DNA from: a virus
Length of the DNA stretch: 64,000 bases
Direction: 5' to 3' (one strand)
Virus record (IMG/VR): IMGVR_UViG_3300030102_008089
Location: 63,434 to 127,433 of that record
A program made the translations under genes and the position numbers. Below the pieces are notes generated by a model, which saw nothing but the letters and a program-made list of their open reading frames with translations, had not been told where the DNA came from and ran no database searches. Shown in pieces: positions 57,968 through 64,000 of this stretch; position 1 is the stretch's first letter; each line of letters opens with the position of its first letter.

Positions 57968-58431
57968 TGAAAAAGCTGATGACCGAATGGAGAAAATTTC
58001 TCCAAGAAGAGATGAAGGTTGTCATCAGTGCGGCAAAAGAATTTGTTTGCCCGCCAGCAACCCAAGACCTAAAACTCAACACAAAGAACCGTGATGCCTC
58101 CATCAAGGCAGAACACATTCAGTACGGACCTCTCAACGTTGACGAGCCAGGTGATTACTGGAAAGACATAGCCGAGTACTGGAACACGACCGAGGCAGCC
58201 GCCAAAAAGTCCAACTGCGGAAATTGTACTGCTTTTGATATTTCTCCACGAATGGACGCTTGTATGCCAGGCGTGACCTCTGATAACGATGGCAGACTTG
58301 GTTACTGCTGGATGCATCATTTCAAGTGTCACTCGGCTCGCTCTTGCCGCACTTGGGCAAAAGGCGGACCAATCAAAGAAGACAGCGTATCTTACGAGTG
58401 GCAGGAAAGAAACGACTTTGGGACAACCTAA
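57967..58431 (+). CDS. Leader-bearing Cys-rich protein (HiPIP-like or other metal-binding domain)
   Basis: ATG 57967, leader MKKLMTEWRKFLQEE; CGNCTAF...C...GYC..H.F.C...R.C..W. Confidence 0.7.
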   Translation: MKKLMTEWRKFLQEEMKVVISAAKEFVCPPATQDLKLNTKNRDASIKAEHIQYGPLNVDEPGDYWKDIAEYWNTTEAAAKKSNCGNCTAFDISPRMDACMPGVTSDNDGRLGYCWMHHFKCHSARSCRTWAKGGPIKEDSVSYEWQERNDFGTT

Positions 58432-58880
58432 TGAAAAAGTTGATGACCGAGTGGCGGAAGTACATAAAAGAAGAGAAGATGGCAGACCTTGATGCCGAGC
58501 AAGCATATAGCACAAAAGTAAAAGGTGTCAACGTAATTATTAATCTAAAAGACACAGACCTTCAAGCAACCAAGCACAGCAAGGAACGACAGTTTCGCCA
58601 CGACGAAAAGATTTCCAACCGAGCAATCATCCAAGCGGTTGAGTTAGCCATCGGAAAAATCATTCAGGACTATGCCAACGGCGAACTTGGCAACGACGAG
58701 CCTTTCCATATTCGCATGGTCGGCAGAGGAAAGGTCCCAGCCCTCAACGTCATCGCAGTTTTAGATATGCGAAAAGGACCAGACACAATAAAAGTAATTA
58801 CAGTAATGCGTAAAGACGATTTTAAGACTGACAGTTTTGCTGGCGGACAACAAAAAACTTACACGGTACAATCACGATGA
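58431..58880 (+). CDS. Leader-bearing protein with possible DUF4258/RelE-like (BECR) fold
   Basis: Start moved to ATG 58431 (TAATG overlap), leader MKKLMTEWRKYIKEE; TKHSKERQFRH..I...AI and terminal IKVITVM. Confidence 0.55.
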   Translation: MKKLMTEWRKYIKEEKMADLDAEQAYSTKVKGVNVIINLKDTDLQATKHSKERQFRHDEKISNRAIIQAVELAIGKIIQDYANGELGNDEPFHIRMVGRGKVPALNVIAVLDMRKGPDTIKVITVMRKDDFKTDSFAGGQQKTYTVQSR

Positions 58881-59701
58881 AGTTGATTATGGAAAACTGG
58901 CGAGGCTTTCTCCAAGAGGGAAGATACGAAGCGGCCACAACAGAACTGACCCGCAAGGTAATACCTTATGTCAAATATATTATTGACGAGATACTGCCTG
59001 GGCTCATTGAAAATCCGCCACGCAAGGACTTGACAGTCGTAACACCCAAAAGATATGAAAGGGGTAAAGGACTCCCAAAAGAACTTGAAGAAAAGATGTA
59101 TTCTGTTTCGTTCAAATTTTATATTGATAAAAAACTAGCAGAAGAAACAGGGGACAAATTCCAAATCGGCGGGGCTTTTATGGGAGACCCAGAAATCCCA
59201 AGCGATAGTTATATGGTAGTCAATAGTTATTTGGATACTGGCTTCAGCGAACAAGATCTTAACGCTTATCTTGGCGAACTCAAAGCAGTCACTATCCACG
59301 AGATTCAACACGGCGGCCAAACCGATGATGTGTTGAAAACCTCTGACCCCCGAACTTACAACCCTATGGGCGGAATCAACTGGAACTATAACAACCTTGA
59401 TGGTATTCGTGGATATTATGCTTCGGAATCTGAAACAGATTCTTACACCAAAGAAGTTTATAAAAGAGCAAAGTATTATAAAATACCTTACACAGAAGCG
59501 TTAGATATGCGTATCAAACAATTCTTTGATATGTTTAAGCGCCGCCGAGACAAGATGAACGCCGAAGACAAGAGGGAAACTCCTGGCGAGTTTAGGGTCC
59601 AGTACACAGAAGAAGAACTCAAAGACTTCTTTTACAACGAACTGCGTGATAAATATATTGCGTTTGCTAAAACAAAATATCCAGAGGCTGTGGGAATATA
59701 A
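58877..59701 (+). CDS. Leader-bearing putative zincin metallopeptidase
   Basis: Leader MKLIMENWRGFLQE; TIHEIQHGGQ (HExxH) with downstream YYASESE. Confidence 0.6.
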   Translation: MKLIMENWRGFLQEGRYEAATTELTRKVIPYVKYIIDEILPGLIENPPRKDLTVVTPKRYERGKGLPKELEEKMYSVSFKFYIDKKLAEETGDKFQIGGAFMGDPEIPSDSYMVVNSYLDTGFSEQDLNAYLGELKAVTIHEIQHGGQTDDVLKTSDPRTYNPMGGINWNYNNLDGIRGYYASESETDSYTKEVYKRAKYYKIPYTEALDMRIKQFFDMFKRRRDKMNAEDKRETPGEFRVQYTEEELKDFFYNELRDKYIAFAKTKYPEAVGI

Positions 59702-59716
59702 CAAATACTCCTTTCG

Positions 59717-59734
59717 CAAACTATTTACTTTATG
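59717..59734 (+). promoter_or_regulatory. CAAACTATTTACTTTATG (late motif plus start codon), copy 2
   Basis: 18-nt exact match to 53440-53457. Confidence 0.7.
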
Positions 59735-60202
59735 AGTAGGGAAAGGGATTTCTACAGAAAAATGCAAGAAGACGCTCGTAATTCTATGTACGAGCCAGAG
59801 ATTATTGATGTCTCCCCACCCGCCAAGAAAGTAAAAACCAACTACCTTTCAGCAGTCGTTTGGACTTCGGTTGTCGCAACTGTGGTCTGTACGATTTTTA
59901 TGGGTCTCCTTTTATATGTTGTGAATGAGAGCCAGATTGAAGAGCGACTTGAAACGGCTGCGAGCCACGCTCTTTACAATTTGGAAAGCGTCATCAAGCA
60001 GCAGAACATAGAGATACAGCAATTGAAGGCAGAAAATAAAAAGATATATAATCACATAAAGTTTTGGACTCCGATAGAACACAGGTTTCCACCAGGCGTA
60101 AAAGAAACCTGGGAGATACCGTTCTACGGAACACCAAAATATGAACGCCGCTCTTTCCAATTATCACAGGAACCAGAACTATGCTTACCTTTCTTGGAAT
60201 AA
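59732..60202 (+). CDS. Single-pass membrane protein with coiled coil
   Basis: Hydrophobic AVVWTSVVATVVCTIFMGLLLYVV, then heptad-like LESVIKQQNIEIQQLKAENKKI. Confidence 0.7.
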   Translation: MSRERDFYRKMQEDARNSMYEPEIIDVSPPAKKVKTNYLSAVVWTSVVATVVCTIFMGLLLYVVNESQIEERLETAASHALYNLESVIKQQNIEIQQLKAENKKIYNHIKFWTPIEHRFPPGVKETWEIPFYGTPKYERRSFQLSQEPELCLPFLE

Positions 60203-60984
60203 TCGTTTTAGTAATCTTTATCCACGAACTGGGACATTATGTTGCAGCCCGTGCTATGGGTGTCGCTGTTGATAGTTTTTCAATAGGGTTCGGCAAAGTC
60301 CTTCTTAAAAAGAAGCTGTGGGGAACTGAATGGCGACTATCGCTTCTACCACTCGGGGGATATATCAAACCTCGGGGAGAAGACGATTATTATAATGTAA
60401 AACAAGATCCGCAATCGTTTTGGTCAGCAGGACCGTGGAAGCGTGCCTTTATTGCGGTAATGGGACCAGTATTTAATTTATTGTTACCCTGGCCATTATA
60501 TTTTTTACTCCTGGTAGGACAGCCGTACCCTGATGTTGTGGTTCCCGAAGGGGCACAGGCTCACCGTATTGGTGTAGTAGAGGCGGCAGGCTATGCTCAC
60601 AAGGTGTCGCTAAAAATGTATAGCAGTATTTGGGAAGCCGTGACAATGCCCCGCCAAGAGCCAATGAGTGTCAAAGAAATAGGAGGACCTGTCGCTGTTT
60701 ATGAGTTTACCGAGTCCGCAAGAAAGCGGAGCGTAGAAACAGGAGACTGGGGATTTCTCATCGACTGGATTGCCTTTTTCTCCATCAATCTCGGTGTAAT
60801 CAATCTATTGCCAATCCCAGTGCTTGATGGTGGGCATATTGTAATGTCTACGGTGGAGGGGGTAAGACGTAAAAATTTGGAAGCAAAGACAAGGAACGTA
60901 CTAAATATAGTTGGTGCGGTTCTAGTGCTTGGGCTGATGGTTGTTGCAATAACTTCTGACGTGCTACGCCTTACTGGCATCTAG
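60181..60984 (+). CDS. rseP: RseP/M50 site-2 intramembrane metalloprotease lacking PDZ domains
   Basis: IFIHELGH, FSIGFG, LPLGGY, GPVFN, GGPV, NLGVINLLPIPVLDGGH; only 267 aa. Confidence 0.9.
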   Translation: MLTFLGIIVLVIFIHELGHYVAARAMGVAVDSFSIGFGKVLLKKKLWGTEWRLSLLPLGGYIKPRGEDDYYNVKQDPQSFWSAGPWKRAFIAVMGPVFNLLLPWPLYFLLLVGQPYPDVVVPEGAQAHRIGVVEAAGYAHKVSLKMYSSIWEAVTMPRQEPMSVKEIGGPVAVYEFTESARKRSVETGDWGFLIDWIAFFSINLGVINLLPIPVLDGGHIVMSTVEGVRRKNLEAKTRNVLNIVGAVLVLGLMVVAITSDVLRLTGI

Positions 60985-60986
60985 GA

Positions 60987-60994
60987 ACTATTTA
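60987..60994 (+). promoter_or_regulatory. Late motif ACTATTTA upstream of the Cys-rich peptide
   Basis: Intergenic, 24 nt before ATG 61019. Confidence 0.6.
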
Positions 60995-61018
60995 GATAAA
61001 CCCGTGGGGGAATAAATA

Positions 61019-61105
61019 ATGAAAAACGAAAATAAATGCGAGTGTTGTTGTTGCTGTTCTTGTTGTTGTAGTTGCGAGTGTGGTAAAGACGGCTGCTGCG
61101 GCTAA
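61019..61105 (+). CDS. Metallothionein-like peptide MKNENKCECCCCCSCCCSCECGKDGCCG (28 aa, 13 Cys); not in the ORF track
   Basis: Translated by hand: ATG 61019 to TAA 61105, GGGGGA SD, ACTATTTA motif at 60987, fills an otherwise empty gap, mixed TGT/TGC codons. Confidence 0.7.
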   Translation: MKNENKCECCCCCSCCCSCECGKDGCCG

Positions 61106-61117
61106 AAAGGAAACATT

Positions 61118-62035
61118 ATGAAAATTACTAAATCTGAACTTCAACAAATTATCAAAGAAGCCACCCAAGGTGAAGTGGAGTTTGCCAAGCTAGAAAAAGC
61201 CCGTGAAAACTTCGTGCAAAACCGAGGCGACGACCGAGCCATCGACGACCTTCTGGTAATGGTGGAGAAACTTGTAGAACCTCTTATGGCTGAGATGGGA
61301 CTTTACTTCGATGTCCAGCCGCTTATTATTAGTGGAGAAATTGTCTTCACCAACGACCACAATATGGAAGTCAGGATTGACCCCCGTGGAGCGATGGGAA
61401 AATATGACGTCAAGGTTAACCCGCTCCACGCCGCCCACGATAGTTTTGATCGAGTTGAAATAAGCCTTGACAGTATGAAAGGCGTAGTGCAATATATCAA
61501 GGATGAGTTCAGAGAAGAACTACAACGAGGCGGAACATATAAACAGCCACCAATGGGTATGGTCGGCGAACCAGAAGGTCAAATGGAATTGCCCTTACCC
61601 AGGGAGAATAAAATGAGAGTCACAAAATCAGAACTACAACAAATCATCAAAGAAGAGATGGAAGCAGAACTTAGCGAAGATAAGTATGCCACCGAAGACG
61701 ACCGCCCTTTGGGAACAGGTCGCTCCTTGATGAGTGCTGAAGACGCAAAAAAGGCGTCAAGAATGGCTGACACGCTATATAGGACGCTTGGACCAGACAG
61801 TAGCGTTGACTCAATGGTCAGAATTTTGGTTCGGCAACTCTCTGACCTTTTGAAAAAGGGTGTGACTGGTGGTCGTTCCGACGGACCCGTCGGCAAAGGT
61901 CCTGCTTCTGCGGCAGATATGGAAAGATACGAAAGTGATTACCGTGACCCACCCAGAGAGCCACTCAAAATGGGTACTGGTCGCCGAGGACCAACCAAGG
62001 CAGAACTTGATATGATGAAGGACTATGACATCTAA
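61118..62035 (+). CDS. Double-leader protein (MKITKSELQQIIKE; internal MRVTKSELQQIIKEE at 61613)
   Basis: Two leader copies in frame; the second has its own AGGGAG SD. Confidence 0.8.
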   Translation: MKITKSELQQIIKEATQGEVEFAKLEKARENFVQNRGDDRAIDDLLVMVEKLVEPLMAEMGLYFDVQPLIISGEIVFTNDHNMEVRIDPRGAMGKYDVKVNPLHAAHDSFDRVEISLDSMKGVVQYIKDEFREELQRGGTYKQPPMGMVGEPEGQMELPLPRENKMRVTKSELQQIIKEEMEAELSEDKYATEDDRPLGTGRSLMSAEDAKKASRMADTLYRTLGPDSSVDSMVRILVRQLSDLLKKGVTGGRSDGPVGKGPASAADMERYESDYRDPPREPLKMGTGRRGPTKAELDMMKDYDI

Positions 62036-62036
62036 A

Positions 62037-62291
62037 ATGAAAATCACCAAGTCTGAACTACAAAAGATAATCAAGGAAGAGATGGAAGAGGTGGCGGAAG
62101 GTCTATTGACCGAAACATCTGTTTCTCGGCTACAAACTATGCTTTATAGAATTGAAGATGATTTCGTGCCCTACCTTCAAAATACTCGGAGCGGAAAAGA
62201 ATTTGAGATAGCCAGAGCCACTATGCAGCTTCGCAAACTCTTAAAAGAAGGAATACAAGAACTTTCCGGAGACAATTATGAAGATTACTAA
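62037..62291 (+). CDS. Leader-bearing small protein (MKITKSELQKIIKEE)
   Basis: Start moved to ATG 62037, the start of the leader. Confidence 0.8.
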   Translation: MKITKSELQKIIKEEMEEVAEGLLTETSVSRLQTMLYRIEDDFVPYLQNTRSGKEFEIARATMQLRKLLKEGIQELSGDNYEDY

Positions 62292-62667
62292 AACGGAACT
62301 AAAAAAAATAATCAAAGAAGAACTCCTCAAAGAGTTTGGCTCGGAAGAGTACGGACTTCAAACCAAAGAGTTTGAACCTATCCCAGAATTAGAATTTGAA
62401 ATTGGCGATGAGGTTGATGTGCTTGGGGGTGTGTTAGCTGGTGCCGTTGGTGAAATAGAGGGAATGGGTAAAGTAGATGGTCGCCCCACTGTTGTTTTAC
62501 GCTTGTTGTCTGACGCTGGTGATACAGACTATAAGAGCGGCGCTCAAGTTCTTGTACGTCCTGACTTCCTTGAAAAGCGAACTGACCTTTTTGCCCAGCG
62601 TATGGGACGCAAAGCAGAAAACCCACGCCGAGGACCAATGAAGTACTATGGAGTCAAAGACGTATGA
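62278..62667 (+). CDS. Leader-bearing protein with KOW/SH3-like domain
   Basis: Leader MKITKTELKKIIKEE; FEIGDEVDVLGGVLAGAVGEIEG matches the KOW pattern of NusG/L24. Confidence 0.65.
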   Translation: MKITKTELKKIIKEELLKEFGSEEYGLQTKEFEPIPELEFEIGDEVDVLGGVLAGAVGEIEGMGKVDGRPTVVLRLLSDAGDTDYKSGAQVLVRPDFLEKRTDLFAQRMGRKAENPRRGPMKYYGVKDV

Positions 62668-62921
62668 AAATCACCAAATCACAATTGATAGAAATTATCA
62701 AAGAAGAAATAAATGAGTTAGAAGATCCTCGCAGCCCAAACAAACCGTCATACGAGTACGAAGGGCACGCTGATGATTTCAGAAGACAAGTTATGAACTT
62801 GGTTCTTCGACTTGGACCTCTTACATTAGAACCAACACTGGCCGCCGCCGTAGAAGTAGAGATTAGAGACGTTCTCAATACTCTCGGCATTGGCACTGAC
62901 CCACGGTCAAAGTACGAATAA
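62664..62921 (+). CDS. Leader-bearing small protein (MKITKSQLIEIIKEE)
   Basis: Shared leader; ATGA overlap with the upstream gene. Confidence 0.8.
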   Translation: MKITKSQLIEIIKEEINELEDPRSPNKPSYEYEGHADDFRRQVMNLVLRLGPLTLEPTLAAAVEVEIRDVLNTLGIGTDPRSKYE

Positions 62922-63064
62922 TGAAAATCACCATGAATCAACTTCGTGAAATGATACGGCAACAACTTGAAGAGCGTTGCCAAAAGGGCTATAAAACCCA
63001 CGAAACTCGCAAAACAAAAAAAATGTTTGGTAGAACATACAGAAACTGCGTCAAGGCAGACTAA
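62921..63064 (+). CDS. Leader-bearing 47-aa protein MKITMNQLREMIRQQLEERCQKGYKTHETRKTKKMFGRTYRNCVKAD; not in the ORF track
   Basis: Translated by hand; TAATG overlap with the upstream gene; leader plus a CxKGY...NCVK basic module. Confidence 0.8.
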   Translation: MKITMNQLREMIRQQLEERCQKGYKTHETRKTKKMFGRTYRNCVKAD

Positions 63065-63066
63065 AC

Positions 63067-63095
63067 TAAACACCCTAAAAAACATCTGATACAAT
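63067..63095 (+). promoter_or_regulatory. Possible sigma70-type promoter
   Basis: TAAACA (63067-63072), 17 nt, TACAAT (63090-63095); intergenic and upstream of AAGGAG SD. Confidence 0.45.
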
Positions 63096-63123
63096 AAGAC
63101 ACACTGACAGAAGGAGTGCGCCT

Positions 63124-64000
63124 ATGGTGCGGATAGCACATTTCGGGGATACCCACATCAAAAATCTGAAATATCACTATGAATACCGTAAAGCATTTGA
63201 GGAAATCTACAAGACCCTGCGAGAGCAGAACGTAGACTATATCGTCCACACGGGCGACTTGGCTCACACAAAAACACAACTCTCCCCAGAGTATTTTGAA
63301 CTAGCCACAGACTTCTTGAAGAACTTGGCTGACATTGCCGAGACCCACATCATCCTCGGCAATCACGATGGCAACCTACGGAACGCTAGTCGTCAAGATG
63401 CCATCACTCCGATCGTGGAAGCACTCAACCACCCAAGTCTAATCCTACACAAGTATTCAGGCGAGGTTCAACTGGAAGATGACTTGACCCTAAACGTTTT
63501 GTCAATCTTTGACGAGACTAACTGGCAAGACCCAACTGACCCTAAAGCAATTAACATCGCTCTTTATCACGGAGCAATTAACAATAGTCAGACAGACCTC
63601 GGTTGGGTGATGGATCACGGTGATCACGACATCTCTGTGTTTGACAAGTTTGACTACGCCATGCTGGGTGACATCCACAAAACCAATCAGGTTCTCAACG
63701 AGAGCGGGACTATCCGCTATTGTGGTTCTACTATCCAGCAAAACCACGGCGAGACAAACGACAAAGGCTTTTTGATTTGGGACATCCGTAGTAAGACTGA
63801 CTACGATGTGAGACACCACCTCATCACAAATGTCAAGCCGTTTATGACAATTGAAATGACAGAGAAGGGAAACCTCCCACGCAAGTTAGATATACCAGAA
63901 GGTGCCCGACTGCGTGTGGTGACTCACCATAAAGTATCACTAGACAAAATCCGCCGTGTGATGGATATTGTGAAGAGCAAGTATAAACCTGAAAGTCTAT
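63124..64000 (+). CDS. Mre11/SbcD (gp47-like) metallophosphoesterase nuclease, truncated by window end; not in the ORF track
   Basis: AAGGAG SD, ATG 63124; GDTH, HTGDL, LGNHD, LYHG, LGDIH all in frame; no stop before 64000. Confidence 0.9.
   Translation, partial: MVRIAHFGDTHIKNLKYHYEYRKAFEEIYKTLREQNVDYIVHTGDLAHTKTQLSPEYFELATDFLKNLADIAETHIILGNHDGNLRNASRQDAITPIVEALNHPSLILHKYSGEVQLEDDLTLNVLSIFDETNWQDPTDPKAINIALYHGAINNSQTDLGWVMDHGDHDISVFDKFDYAMLGDIHKTNQVLNESGTIRYCGSTIQQNHGETNDKGFLIWDIRSKTDYDVRHHLITNVKPFMTIEMTEKGNLPRKLDIPEGARLRVVTHHKVSLDKIRRVMDIVKSKYKPESL

Noticed and set aside
61037-61083. (TGT)n run as a non-coding microsatellite
   Set aside because: Interruptions (TGC, TCT, AGT, GAG) keep the frame and the Cys pattern, and the run is bracketed by SD-ATG and TAA; it was kept as a CDS instead.
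1-64000. Minus-strand and nested short ORFs in the six-frame track
   Set aside because: All lie within longer motif-bearing + strand genes and show no recognisable motifs or RBS; they are shadows of a unidirectional gene array.
1-64000. Eukaryotic giant virus (NCLDV) origin
   Set aside because: Contractile-tail baseplate genes, SD sequences, sigma70-like promoters and overlapping operonic genes indicate a prokaryotic tailed phage.
1-64000. Alternative genetic code (stop reassignment, as in some large phages)
   Set aside because: TAA, TAG and TGA all end genes at sensible boundaries, and ORFs of 3-6 kb are uninterrupted in code 11.
1-64000. CRISPR arrays, tRNA/rRNA genes, IS elements, integrase, introns or inteins
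   Set aside because: No repeat-spacer pattern, cloverleaf or transposase motifs were seen; intergenic gaps are mostly under 80 nt; primase and nuclease lengths leave no room for inteins.

Overview
This 64 kb window looks like part of a large, probably uncultured, contractile-tailed dsDNA phage genome. It uses the standard genetic code, every credible gene is on the + strand, and genes are tightly packed with ATGA/TAATG overlaps. It has four blocks. (1) 0.1-18.3 kb: a 21-gene glycan cluster with GT4, GT2, CgeB-like, fungal-type GT15 and GT11 glycosyltransferases, a WlbA-like dehydrogenase, a short DegT aminotransferase, a formyltransferase, five SDR epimerases/reductases, three methyltransferases and a UDP-sugar dehydrogenase, but no flippase, polymerase or initiating transferase. 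(2) 18.3-20 kb: small genes including a zinc-ribbon protein and a sigma-factor-like protein. (3) 20-52.9 kb: a baseplate/tail block with an M23-bearing gp5-like hub, gp25, gp6/J, LamG and very large orphan proteins. (4) 52.9-64 kb: RuvC-like resolvase, HAD nucleotidase, primase, a PDZ-less RseP and Mre11/SbcD, interleaved with 12 genes that share 13 copies of an amphipathic Glu-terminated N-terminal leader (MKITKSELQQIIKEE or MKKLLTEWRKFLKE types) fused to unrelated payloads. The main candidates for undescribed biology are: a capsid-targeting-leader array of modular, possibly protease-processed cargo proteins; possible phage-encoded O-glycosylation of tail proteins strongly enriched in [S/T]GS; an unannotated 28-aa, 13-Cys metallothionein-like peptide; and a TA-N-TTA-N4-ATG motif suggesting leaderless late transcription. 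All product calls come from motif recognition by eye; no database search was run.
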